Source of the DNA: an uncultured archaeon
GTDB lineage: Archaea > Asgardarchaeota > Lokiarchaeia > Sigyniarchaeales > SOKP01
Direction: 5' to 3'
DNA: 50,197 bases
Assembly: GCA_964583985.1 (NCBI GenBank)
Contig: CAZOYD010000021.1
Coordinates: forward strand, 1-50,197
Position numbers and translations under genes: made by a program. Below the pieces are notes generated by a model. That model made no database searches, was not told where the DNA came from, and saw only the letters and a list, made by a program, of their open reading frames with translations. Below, piece by piece: positions 26,698-36,503 of the stretch; positions within the stretch are counted from its first letter, which is position 1, and each line of letters begins with the position of its first letter.

Positions 26698-28962
26698 TTA
26701 TTGAAAAAACCCGACGGTTAATATCTTATCAATTTGATTGAGAGTAGATTCAAGTGTTCTTTTTAATTTTTCTTGAATTTTTGATTTTAAGGATAAGTGG
26801 TTAACCATCTCAAATTCTTGAACGGTCAATTGAGCAATTTCATTACTTTCTCTTCCTAAATCAGCTAATTTAAGATGTAGATTATTAGAGCTGTCAAATT
26901 TAGGAATGGGGGTCTCAAAAGGTTTTTTAAATATGTGACGAGACGATTTTCTGATTCTAATTTGTTTATTGATGAACTGAGAATTAAGAATTGAGGATAA
27001 ATAGTATGCTTCTTCAATATTTTGTGTATCGAAATAGCTGAGATCTCCCGTTACTAAAAAATCTCCTTCTATGACTGCAGAGGATAGAGTAGAACCGGAA
27101 TTATTATAGACCACTTTTATCTTTGATAATTGTCGTGGAGTGATTAACTTGCCCCAATGATTCAAGTTATCAAGAAGTGAAGCGTTATTTGTGGTCTTTT
27201 TCTTAAATTTCAAATATAGATTATTTATAAGATCATAAAAATGTTTAGAATGAGTATCCATCGAAAAGTATTCAAAAGATAAGTCCGATTTATTTAGAGG
27301 TAAAAACACATAATAGTAATCGAATACATTAAAAGATACGAGTTCAGTGCTTTTGACGACATTGAAAATGTATTTTTTATTTACTTTTTGGGATTGAAAT
27401 AACGCTTGGTTCCAAGGGACTTTAGCCTTTTTAAAAATGCGTTGGTCTGGAGAAATGTTAACATAACTTTTATCAATATTTTTCACAGTGACAAATATTA
27501 GATTCCTTGGGTTCAAGTCTGCTCCTTTGTGGAATACGTCCTTATAATAACTTGTTTGAGCATGAACTAATTCTCCAAATTCTTTTTTAGATATGAATTT
27601 ATTAACAAAAATTTTTTTTCCTTTAGTTTCTATAGAATATGGAACTAACTCTTCTTTTTCAATTGCGACTAAATCAATTGAATCAAAATAATCAAAAGGT
27701 GCGATGTTTTTTTTTGTTCCATAGTAGATAACCGGAATATTATAATTTTCTTTATTAACGACTTTAGAAGATTTTTCAGCATACAAGCATATGAAATCAA
27801 TATTAAATATGTTAAGAATCTCATTTTCAAACATCCAAGTTTTTATCTTCTCGAATCCTCTAAAACTCCTAAAAAGAGAGGCATGAGTCCCCGTGAGAAC
27901 GCCTTTAGGGAGTACAAAAAATATTTTTGAGCCATTTTTCATGAATAAATCATGCGCTTTATAAAAAAAAAGTGAGGCAATTTCAATATTCAAAACATTT
28001 TTTGGTGTTGGTTTGATACCTAAAAGATCTGCTAATCCTTTTATTTTATCTTGGTATTTCACAGATTCTATATCTCTTAGCGTATACCAAGGAGGATTAC
28101 CTATTACTAAATCATATTTTGTTTTTTCGTTATTTTTGATATTTTCAAGAAATAATGAATCAACCACCCGTAATTGTTCGTTAGTTATCCTACATTCATA
28201 ATCTAATAAACAAGTAATATTAACAAGTGCTAGATATATCGACATTGGGTTAATATCATACCCATGTACTTTTTTTATTGCTTTGATTTTATCATCTTTA
28301 CTAATGTTTGACTTGAGAATTTTATTTATTATCTCGATCAAAAAATTTCCACTACCACAGCTTGGATCTAAAACGCATTCTCCTAGCTTATAGGATTCAT
28401 TAACCATTTTTTTAACTAGAAAGGGGGGTGTATAAAATTCACCTGATCCATGACGTATATATGAGGAAATTAAATTTTGGATTAAATAATCGAATTGATA
28501 AATAAGGGGAATATTAATTTCCTCTAATTTAATGAAAATATTATTAAGAATTTTAGAATACAAAGTTATCTCATGAATATCAATTCTATCCACGAGAGGT
28601 GAATAATAATAAACTAATGAGATATCTCCCACTTTTTTTGTTAAGAGTATTTTTTCTTCAAAATTTAATTGAAAAATGGTAGTATCAATGACTAGATTAG
28701 AGGTTTTTTCACTTCTCTTTAATAATTTTACCCGCCCAATAAAAAAAAATAATGACAAAATTATATAAAATCTAAGGTTAATAGCTTTTTCGCTATATAT
28801 TTGAATAAAGGTCTCTTTCCACGATTGATATGCTGGAGTATCTTGAATTGATTTTTGACTGAAGCTCTGTTCTAACTCATCCAGTTCACTTTCGAATGCT
28901 GAAATAGAGATTGAATTCCTTCTATTGTTCATATTATTATTCAAATAAGTAAACTCCTTCAA
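26698..28962 (-). CDS. N6-adenine DNA methyltransferase (N-6 DNA methylase, type IIG/Eco57I-like M plus TRD), apparently orphan
   Basis: GEFYTP, LDPSCGSGNF (motif I), NPPW (motif IV) and a C-terminal TRD-like region (YYLSSILNS...PIPKF). Confidence 0.88.
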   Translation of the reverse strand: MKEFTYLNNNMNNRRNSISISAFESELDELEQSFSQKSIQDTPAYQSWKETFIQIYSEKAINLRFYIILSLFFFIGRVKLLKRSEKTSNLVIDTTIFQLNFEEKILLTKKVGDISLVYYYSPLVDRIDIHEITLYSKILNNIFIKLEEINIPLIYQFDYLIQNLISSYIRHGSGEFYTPPFLVKKMVNESYKLGECVLDPSCGSGNFLIEIINKILKSNISKDDKIKAIKKVHGYDINPMSIYLALVNITCLLDYECRITNEQLRVVDSLFLENIKNNEKTKYDLVIGNPPWYTLRDIESVKYQDKIKGLADLLGIKPTPKNVLNIEIASLFFYKAHDLFMKNGSKIFFVLPKGVLTGTHASLFRSFRGFEKIKTWMFENEILNIFNIDFICLYAEKSSKVVNKENYNIPVIYYGTKKNIAPFDYFDSIDLVAIEKEELVPYSIETKGKKIFVNKFISKKEFGELVHAQTSYYKDVFHKGADLNPRNLIFVTVKNIDKSYVNISPDQRIFKKAKVPWNQALFQSQKVNKKYIFNVVKSTELVSFNVFDYYYVFLPLNKSDLSFEYFSMDTHSKHFYDLINNLYLKFKKKTTNNASLLDNLNHWGKLITPRQLSKIKVVYNNSGSTLSSAVIEGDFLVTGDLSYFDTQNIEEAYYLSSILNSQFINKQIRIRKSSRHIFKKPFETPIPKFDSSNNLHLKLADLGRESNEIAQLTVQEFEMVNHLSLKSKIQEKLKRTLESTLNQIDKILTVGFFQ

Positions 28963-29056
28963 TAATATTTTGAAACATCTAATTAATATTTAAATTTATA
29001 TTGAAAATATCCATATTATAAACCATTACTATAATAAAAATCTCTTTAAATAAAAC

Positions 29057-29677
29057 GTGACTACTCCGGAAATAAAACTCTCGAAAACTCTTGAAAAGGG
29101 CATAGAATTCTCCTGTCAAATGTGTGGCGCTTGTTGTAGGGGATTCGATGAAGGGGAAGTATATTTATATTTGGAAGACATACTTCGATTAGTACAACAC
29201 TTGGGTTTAAAAGGAAATTCCGGGTTAAGGAAATTTGCAGTAAAATACTTAAAAGCTATAGATAATTCTTTTTACTGGAAAGAGCCTAAGGTTGAGAGGG
29301 GAAAGACATATAAATTCAAAACTCTCGGTTTCAAATTCACAGGTGATGATGAAAGGTGTTCTTTTTTAGTAGATAACCAGTGCCAAGTGCATTTACATAG
29401 ACCTTTTCAATGCAGGTGCTTTCCATTCTGGCAAATTTTGGTATCAAGTCCTAAGAACTACGTGAATTATTCTAAAAAATGTCCCGGGTTGAGAGAATCT
29501 TTGGATAATAAAGGACAATTTTATTCTGCTGAACAAATATTAGCTTGGGCTAACGAGGAATACTTGATTGAGAAAAACTATTTTCTTGAAATGCGAAAGT
29601 ATGATTTCGACATTTACAAGGTTTACCCTTTTCTACCAAAAAATTTCGTTGAGAAAGAAAAAGAAACTAAATTATAA
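29057..29677 (+). CDS. YkgJ-family cysteine-cluster protein
   Basis: FSCQMCGACC, CSFL...C.V...RPFQCRCFPF and CPG. Confidence 0.9.
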   Translation: MTTPEIKLSKTLEKGIEFSCQMCGACCRGFDEGEVYLYLEDILRLVQHLGLKGNSGLRKFAVKYLKAIDNSFYWKEPKVERGKTYKFKTLGFKFTGDDERCSFLVDNQCQVHLHRPFQCRCFPFWQILVSSPKNYVNYSKKCPGLRESLDNKGQFYSAEQILAWANEEYLIEKNYFLEMRKYDFDIYKVYPFLPKNFVEKEKETKL

Positions 29678-29693
29678 TTTATATAAATTACCG

Positions 29694-31712
29694 GTGGATA
29701 AGATAATAAGACGATTTGGAACTTGTTCAAAAGATTGCTATGGATCTTGCGTTTTTCATGGAGAATGGGATGATAATGCTGATGTATTTAAATTTCAGGG
29801 TGCAATCCCATCAAAGGATCATCCTTTTACACAAGGATTTCTTTGTTCTAAACTGAATAATAGAGAGAAACTAGTATATCATCCTGAAAGAATAATAGAG
29901 CCGTTAAAACACGTGGGTACCAAGGGTAGAAATGAATTCCACCCCATTAGTTTACAAGATGCCCTAAATATTATCGCAGAGAAAATTGATCTCGTAAAGA
30001 ATTCCCATGGTCCAGAATCAATCGTCGCCGCATACAGCTCTGGAAATAATGGACTCTTATCGAGATTAGCACCATTAAGATTTTTTAATAAATTAGGTGC
30101 AACCATTACTACTGGAGGTATTTGCAATGAAGGAGGATGTGACGCTCTTGAAAGGATGTTAGGCACATATTCTACAACTAATCCCTTTCAATTGATGAGT
30201 AAAGCCGCTAAGCTGATTGTCATTTGGGGAAGTAACTTGCCAGAAACCAATATTCATGCTTATAGTCTAATAAAAAAATCGATGAAAAATGGTTCAATAT
30301 TGATCGTAATTGATTCAAGAAATCATAAATTGTCCCAAGAAGCTCACATTTCCATTCAACCTTACCCTGGTACAGAATATCTTGTTGCTAAACTACTATT
30401 AAGTCTAATAATTAAAAAGAATGGTCATGACGCAGAATTTGTGTCTGACTTTATTGATGTCCCCGATGATCTATTATCAAAAATTAGTAAACTTGAGATA
30501 GATAAAGCCATCCAGAAAACGGGAATAGATCCCAATAGCTTGAATGAAGTGGTTGATTTGCTTATTCAATATAAACATGAAACTATCTTTAATGTAGGAT
30601 TTGGGATCCAAAAATATTATAATGGCGGAGATACCATACAACTAATCGCTCTCTTGCAAATAATTTTGGGTAATTTTCGGAATCCAGGAACGGGTTTAAT
30701 TTATTCCCAGAGTGATTTTAATAAATTGTTCATTAACCCTATTATCCAATACATAACTAATAATCCATCGATTCAAGGAAATAATAAGATCATGTTAATA
30801 GATTTAGGATGGGCACTAAATTCCCCAAAATATAAAATGGTTTTCATTTATAATTTTAATCCAGCAAGTTCTCTTCCGAACCAAAATTTAGTAAGAAGAT
30901 CTCTCTCTCGAGATGACATGTTTGTTGTCGTTATTGATATGTTTCTTAATCAAACTTCAAAATATGCCGATATAGTAATTCCTGCTAAATGTGACGTCGA
31001 AAATGACGATTTATATACTCCCTATTATATTCCTGGAGCATCCATTAATGAAGCAGGACCATGTCCTTATCCAAATTGTTTAACAAACTATGAATTTTTT
31101 CAAAAATTAGCCTATAAAACAGGTTGGGAGGATGCTTTGGAATTTCAAGAAAGTCAAAAAACCATCTTGCAAAAAAGCATCAATTTGCTTCCCCAAAAAA
31201 TGAAAAAGGATATTGAAGAAAAAGGATATCACCTTCTATTTGAAATAGATGAAGTTCCTATTGAAGAAGTACCCTTTCTAAATAAACCATTTAATCTAAA
31301 TTTCGATCTAGACCTTTTAACTGAGGATTTTTTAGACTTTGAAACCTTTTCAAAAGATTTCAATCGATTTTATCTCATTTCTCCTTCACACATTCAATTC
31401 ATTCATTCACAGTTTGGACAAATAAACTCAAGTTATCTCAACCAATTCGAAAAGATATATCTGCATCCTTCTGATATTGAACGGCTAAATCTTCAAGTTA
31501 ATAAAGAAGTCACAGTATCAAATAGATATGGTGAATCTAAATATATTTTAAGCGAAAAATCTGAACTGAAACCTGGTGTCGCATTAATATATTCAGGATC
31601 TCCTTTTGGATTCAACAGGAACTTAAATGTAAACCTTTTTACCCCACAAACCCCAGAAAAATCTCATTTTTCAGGATCATTTAATTCTGCGATTATTAAT
31701 ATCTCACAATAA
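29694..31712 (+). CDS. Molybdopterin (bis-MGD) oxidoreductase catalytic subunit
   Basis: CSKDCYGSC...CSK [4Fe-4S] motif, WGSN, NPA, DMF...TS.YADIVIPA and a C-terminal dinucleotide-binding domain. Start likely GTG 29694; the ORF track start 29568 overlaps the ykgJ-like gene. Confidence 0.88.
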   Translation: MDKIIRRFGTCSKDCYGSCVFHGEWDDNADVFKFQGAIPSKDHPFTQGFLCSKLNNREKLVYHPERIIEPLKHVGTKGRNEFHPISLQDALNIIAEKIDLVKNSHGPESIVAAYSSGNNGLLSRLAPLRFFNKLGATITTGGICNEGGCDALERMLGTYSTTNPFQLMSKAAKLIVIWGSNLPETNIHAYSLIKKSMKNGSILIVIDSRNHKLSQEAHISIQPYPGTEYLVAKLLLSLIIKKNGHDAEFVSDFIDVPDDLLSKISKLEIDKAIQKTGIDPNSLNEVVDLLIQYKHETIFNVGFGIQKYYNGGDTIQLIALLQIILGNFRNPGTGLIYSQSDFNKLFINPIIQYITNNPSIQGNNKIMLIDLGWALNSPKYKMVFIYNFNPASSLPNQNLVRRSLSRDDMFVVVIDMFLNQTSKYADIVIPAKCDVENDDLYTPYYIPGASINEAGPCPYPNCLTNYEFFQKLAYKTGWEDALEFQESQKTILQKSINLLPQKMKKDIEEKGYHLLFEIDEVPIEEVPFLNKPFNLNFDLDLLTEDFLDFETFSKDFNRFYLISPSHIQFIHSQFGQINSSYLNQFEKIYLHPSDIERLNLQVNKEVTVSNRYGESKYILSEKSELKPGVALIYSGSPFGFNRNLNVNLFTPQTPEKSHFSGSFNSAIINISQ

Positions 31713-31838
31713 TTAAAAGCCCATATCATCTGTAAGAATTAACATTATCTATGATTGGTTATTAAAAATAAATAATGATTAATAACTTCAAATTACTATA
31801 TTTTTATTAGAGATCTTCAAATTTAGAGGACACCATTT

Positions 31839-34235
31839 ATGAAAGTAGGGTTATTCATCTGTAATTGTGGAAAGAATATTTCTGGCACGATAGACACGAA
31901 AAGAGTTGAAGAACATTTTAAAAAAAATTATCCGGAAATTGAGGTATTGGGGGATCAATATCTATGTTCAGAATTGGGAGTAAACAAGATTAGCGATGAA
32001 ATAAAAGAAAAGGGAATTGACAGGGTGGTTATCGCAGCGTGTTCATTTAAATTACACGGATCTTTATTTCAAAAGACGATTGAAAAGGCAGGTATCAATA
32101 AATTTTTAATATCTTTTGCTAATATAAGAGAACAAAATTCCTGGGTACATCCAAATCAGCCAAAAAATGCCACAATTAAGGCAATTGATCAAATTAAAAT
32201 GGCAATTGAAGAAGTAAAATTACTAGAACCATTAGAAGTTCAATATGCCCCCGTTACTAAGTCCTCCTTAATAATCGGAGGAGGTATAGCAGGAATCAAG
32301 GCAGCAATGGTAATTGCAGATGCGGGATATAAAGTTTATTTACTGGAACGAGATGCAACGATAGGGGGTCACATGGCGTTGTTTGATAAAACTTTTCCGA
32401 CCTTGGATTGTAGCATTTGTATCCTTGGCCCTTTAATGTCAGAAATTAAAGATCATCCTAAAATTGAATTATTAACTTACAGCGAACTTGAATCACTTGA
32501 AGGGTACGTTGGAAACTTTAAAGCCTCCATCAAAAAAAATCCTAGATTTATTATAGAAGAAAATTGCGTGGGATGCGTTGATATTTGTCGAGAAGTTTGC
32601 CCAATAGACATAGATAATACTTTTTTTCCAAGGAAAGCGATAGATATTCCCTATCCTCAGGCTATTCCTTTATTTCCAAATATATTAGAAGAATATTGTA
32701 TAGGGTGTAAAGCTTGTGCATTAGCTTGCGACAGAGATGCCATTGATTTTGAACAAACTTCACAAAATATCAGTATCGAAATTGGGTCAGTTATTGTTGC
32801 AACAGGATTTAAAACATTTGATCCAAGTATTTTAGGAGAATTAAGGTTTCAAAAATATTCTGACGTTATTACCACAATGCAGATGGAGCGATTATTAAAT
32901 AATGATGGTCCAACAAGGGGTAAGGTTGTAGTTCCTTCAACGGGATTGCCTCCTAAAAAAGTTTCTTTCATTCTATGTGTAGGTTCAAGGAACAAGGCGA
33001 TTGGGCGAGAATATTGTAGCCAAGTATGCTGTAATGGAGCAATTAAGCAAGCAATCTTGATTAAAAAGGAGAATCCAGATACAGAAATAAATATTTATTT
33101 CAATGATATAAGAGCTGTAGGTAAAAATTGCGAAGAATTTTATAATCGTGCTCGGGAGACGTTTGGAGTGCGATTTATTAAAAGTAGTATTGCTTCAATA
33201 AAGAAGTGTGACACCTCTAACGATTTAATAGTAAAGGGTGAAGATATAATCGAAGATGCACTTTTCGAAAATAAATCAGATTTAGTCGTACTGGCTGTTG
33301 GCATTGAACCTGCTGAAGGAACTGCTGAGTTAAGCCAGAAATTAAATATTTCATTGGATCAAAACGGATTCCTCCTCGAAAAACACTTGAAGGTCCATCC
33401 TTCCGAAACCTCAGTAAATGGCATTTTTTTAGCAGGAGTTATCCAAGGACCGAAAGATATTCCTAATAGTATTGCACATGCAGAAAGTGCCGCTGCAAAA
33501 GCCATCGCACTATTATCAAGAGGGAAAGTGGAATTAAATCCTCATATCGCTTATTTTGATAAACAGAAATGCACCCTCTGTAGGTTGTGTGAGAATATTT
33601 GCAATTTCAATGCAATAAAAATCAGTAAGGAAAAGCTCACGCTCACGCAAGCCAATTGTACTGGGTGTGGTGCTTGTGCAGCAATGTGTCCGGAGGATGC
33701 ATTATACATTCCAGGGTTTAGGAAAGAACAAATTTCTGCACAAACTAAAGCAATTTTGAGTCAAGGAAAGAGCGAACATCCGATCATAATAGCATTCTTA
33801 TGTAATTGGTGTTCATATATGGGAGCTGATTTAGCAGGAACAAGTAAAATAACATACCCTTCTAATGTGAGATCTATCAGAGTTATGTGTACTGCCATGC
33901 TCAATCCATCAATAGTCTTTGAAACATTACTCCAAGGAGCTGATGGAGTCTTAATTGCGGGTTGTCACGAACAAGATTGCCATTATGATACTGGGTTTAT
34001 ACGAGCCAGAACGAGGTATGAAAGCATGAGAGAGATGCTAATGCAAGCGGGCATTAATGAAAATCGTTTAAAAATAACGAGTATCTCTGCTGGTGAAGGT
34101 GAACGTTATGCTCAAGTAATTGCTGAATTTAAGGAACAACTTGAGGAATTAGGACCGATTAAACCGGGAGAATACAAGAGAAGTGCAATGAAACAAAAAG
34201 CTTTAAAATCATCTGCAAAATTAGATGAAATATAA
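31839..34235 (+). CDS. hdrA: Heterodisulfide reductase subunit A fused to an MvhD (hydrogenase delta) domain
   Basis: GLFICNCG, IGGGIAG, DKTFPTLDCSICIL, CVGSR, YCSQVCC, GPKDI and ferredoxin motifs. C-terminal CNWCSY.GAD, RVMC and GCHEQDCHY mark MvhD. Confidence 0.93.
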   Translation: MKVGLFICNCGKNISGTIDTKRVEEHFKKNYPEIEVLGDQYLCSELGVNKISDEIKEKGIDRVVIAACSFKLHGSLFQKTIEKAGINKFLISFANIREQNSWVHPNQPKNATIKAIDQIKMAIEEVKLLEPLEVQYAPVTKSSLIIGGGIAGIKAAMVIADAGYKVYLLERDATIGGHMALFDKTFPTLDCSICILGPLMSEIKDHPKIELLTYSELESLEGYVGNFKASIKKNPRFIIEENCVGCVDICREVCPIDIDNTFFPRKAIDIPYPQAIPLFPNILEEYCIGCKACALACDRDAIDFEQTSQNISIEIGSVIVATGFKTFDPSILGELRFQKYSDVITTMQMERLLNNDGPTRGKVVVPSTGLPPKKVSFILCVGSRNKAIGREYCSQVCCNGAIKQAILIKKENPDTEINIYFNDIRAVGKNCEEFYNRARETFGVRFIKSSIASIKKCDTSNDLIVKGEDIIEDALFENKSDLVVLAVGIEPAEGTAELSQKLNISLDQNGFLLEKHLKVHPSETSVNGIFLAGVIQGPKDIPNSIAHAESAAAKAIALLSRGKVELNPHIAYFDKQKCTLCRLCENICNFNAIKISKEKLTLTQANCTGCGACAAMCPEDALYIPGFRKEQISAQTKAILSQGKSEHPIIIAFLCNWCSYMGADLAGTSKITYPSNVRSIRVMCTAMLNPSIVFETLLQGADGVLIAGCHEQDCHYDTGFIRARTRYESMREMLMQAGINENRLKITSISAGEGERYAQVIAEFKEQLEELGPIKPGEYKRSAMKQKALKSSAKLDEI

Positions 34236-34246
34236 AAGAACTGCTT

Positions 34247-34269
34247 TAAAGAGAGCCTTTCTCTCTTTA
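34247..34269 (+). other. Perfect 9-bp intergenic hairpin (terminator or mRNA-stabilising stem)
   Basis: TAAAGAGAG-CCTTT-CTCTCTTTA between hdrA and the DUF711 gene. Confidence 0.45.
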
Positions 34270-34291
34270 TTAAGGAAAAATAAACTGAAAA

Positions 34292-35590
34292 ATGATAAAC
34301 ATGAAAATTCGAGCTATTACGATTGGACAGAAAATACCTATATTAAGTCAAAACATCAATCTCGAAAGATTTTTGCGAGAAAAATTACCTGGATTCAGTA
34401 ACTTCAATCGCGAATTAACTGAGCGCTTCAAATCTTTAGGCATCGAAGTTCAAACCAGGAGATTTTGTTCTCAACCTTTAATTTCGTATGAACATCAATT
34501 AATTGAGCAGAATTTAAACCAGACAATTTTATCTTTACATGAACAATTCAGTCTTTTAGAATATTTGATTAGTAACTTTGGTTTTGATTATTTTGCTTGT
34601 TGCTCTGTTTTAGCTGCTGATCAATACATTGAAAAATTTGGAATTTATGAAAAATTGCTATTAGCAGAGGTTCCCAGTTTTATAATTAGAAGGGAGAAAT
34701 TCTTTACCTCATTACCCGCGGCTTCTTCTCAACATGGAATTAATCTTTCAGCATTAAAATCAGGGGCTAAAATTATTAAAAAGCTTTCTAATCCGGATCC
34801 ATTCAAAAACTTGCAATTTTGTGTAAGTTCCAATGTAAAAGAAGATACGCCTTTTTTTCCTGCATCTTATCATTTAAAGGAAAACCCAGCATTTTCAATC
34901 GCATTAGAAATGGCGGATGAAGTGGTTAACGTGTTTGAACAATCAAAGAACATAACTGACGCTCAAATAAATTTGAAAAATCGTTTCAATGAGATTTATG
35001 ACATGATAATGAAAGTTACGGAAGATATTGGGACTAAATATAGACTTGATTTTCATGGCATGGATTTCTCCCCAGCACCATATCCGACTGTTTCCAAGAG
35101 TATTGGAACTGCCTTTGAAAAGTTAAATTACGAATATTTCGGTGCTCCAGGATCCCTTTTGGGAGTTGCCTTGATAAGGAATGCGATACCCAAAAAAGAA
35201 AAAGTTATTGGATTCTCTGGATTCATGCCTTCGGTACTTGAGGATTATACAATTTCCAAAAGTCTTTCAGAAAACAAGTTTAATTTGGATACCTTGTTAT
35301 TGTATTCAACCATGTGTGGGACAGGTTTAGATTGTGTGCCATTACCCGGTGATATCACAGAACAGGAATTATTTTATATTTTATTAGACATGTGTACGAT
35401 TTCGGTAAGACTTAATAAACCGCTAACCGCCAGATTAATGCCCATTCCTGGTAAAAACGCGGGAGATGATGTTAAATTTGACTTTGAATACTTTGCTCCT
35501 TCAAAAGTCATGAATATTCGGCGTTTAACTGGAGAAAATAAGAATGATATATTTCATGGCAAGGAAAAGATATTCAAATTTCTTAAATGA
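34292..35590 (+). CDS. DUF711 (PFL-like) family protein
   Basis: MKIRAIT, TPFFPA, D.SPAP, GFSGFM..VLED, CGTGLDCVPLPGD and KPLTARLMP. Confidence 0.88.
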   Translation: MINMKIRAITIGQKIPILSQNINLERFLREKLPGFSNFNRELTERFKSLGIEVQTRRFCSQPLISYEHQLIEQNLNQTILSLHEQFSLLEYLISNFGFDYFACCSVLAADQYIEKFGIYEKLLLAEVPSFIIRREKFFTSLPAASSQHGINLSALKSGAKIIKKLSNPDPFKNLQFCVSSNVKEDTPFFPASYHLKENPAFSIALEMADEVVNVFEQSKNITDAQINLKNRFNEIYDMIMKVTEDIGTKYRLDFHGMDFSPAPYPTVSKSIGTAFEKLNYEYFGAPGSLLGVALIRNAIPKKEKVIGFSGFMPSVLEDYTISKSLSENKFNLDTLLLYSTMCGTGLDCVPLPGDITEQELFYILLDMCTISVRLNKPLTARLMPIPGKNAGDDVKFDFEYFAPSKVMNIRRLTGENKNDIFHGKEKIFKFLK

Positions 35591-35595
35591 GTTCC

Positions 35596-35937
35596 TTATT
35601 TATTCAAATAATCTATTACCTTACCTTCTTGGGTTATGTAATACAAATTTTCACCAGAATCTTCGTCTCGCTTTAACTGAATACATAATGCTTTAATCAA
35701 GTAATCAATGTTGTATTTAAACGTGTTTTCATCACTGATTAAACCTCTCTCAAGTAACTGATCAATCAAGATTTTTTTTGTAAGCCCATCATTTCTACTT
35801 AGCAGTGTTAAAATCTCACGTCTAACGGGGTGATTGACCGCTTTTAAATACAGATCATGAAAATACTTGCTCCCTTCTACTGTTTTTTCAAATTCTTCGA
35901 TACTCTTAAAATCTTTAAAATCGGATTCATCTGGCAT
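35596..35937 (-). CDS. ArsR-like winged helix-turn-helix protein
   Basis: YLKAVNHPVRREIL and wing Y.ITQEGK; paralog of the adjacent gene. Confidence 0.8.
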   Translation of the reverse strand: MPDESDFKDFKSIEEFEKTVEGSKYFHDLYLKAVNHPVRREILTLLSRNDGLTKKILIDQLLERGLISDENTFKYNIDYLIKALCIQLKRDEDSGENLYYITQEGKVIDYLNK

Positions 35938-35994
35938 GATAGAAGAAAAATGGATTTATAACTAATCTTTTAATTATGAAAAAGAAAAAGAGAA

Positions 35995-36258
35995 TTAATA
36001 TTTTTCAATTACTTTTCCTGCTGGTAAGAGTTCATATTCTATGATATTATTTTCAAGATTAACTTTCTTAACACAATCAGTTTGCAGCAAGAAATTCATG
36101 TTATAATCAAACATATCGTCTTTTGTTATGACTTTATTTTCTTTTAACTTGTTCAAAAGTTCGGTTTTAGAAATTCTTTTCGACTCATCAATGATTTGCA
36201 GCATCGCTTTACGTACGGGATGGTTCACTGCTTTTAGGTAAGTTCCATGATCAACCAT
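35995..36258 (-). CDS. ArsR-like winged helix-turn-helix protein (tandem paralog)
   Basis: YLKAVNHPVRKAML and wing YELLPAGK. Confidence 0.8.
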   Translation of the reverse strand: MVDHGTYLKAVNHPVRKAMLQIIDESKRISKTELLNKLKENKVITKDDMFDYNMNFLLQTDCVKKVNLENNIIEYELLPAGKVIEKY

Positions 36259-36395
36259 TTCATAATCTCCTTTATTTTTCTTTATTTATGGGTGAAATTC
36301 TTATTTTAAATAATTTCTATACATTATATTACGTTTTAAAACCTTCTAAAAGGCTCTAAGAGAGTAAATTCTGATTTTGAAAAAAACTTTTAGAC

Positions 36396-36474
36396 TATAT
36401 TTCATAAAAATATATTTTATATTTCATAAAAATGAATATTAAAAATGAATATATTCATTATATTTCATAAAAAT
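36396..36474. repeat. Three exact 16-bp direct repeats plus a 14-bp palindrome upstream of fbaB (operator-like)
   Basis: TATATTTCATAAAAAT at 36396, 36418 and 36459; palindrome ATGAATATATTCAT at 36445-36458. Confidence 0.7.
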
Positions 36475-36503
36475 TTTTTATTCAAAAGGAGTAATGAAAA
36501 AAA

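Noticed and set aside
31839-34235. Selenocysteine recoding in HdrA/MvhD
   Set aside because: The ORF is uninterrupted, with Cys codons at the candidate positions and no in-frame TGA.
36396-36474. Direct repeats considered as a mini-CRISPR or replication origin
   Set aside because: The repeats are only 16 bp with 6- and 25-bp gaps, there are no cas or cdc6/orc1 genes, and no G-string ORB motif.
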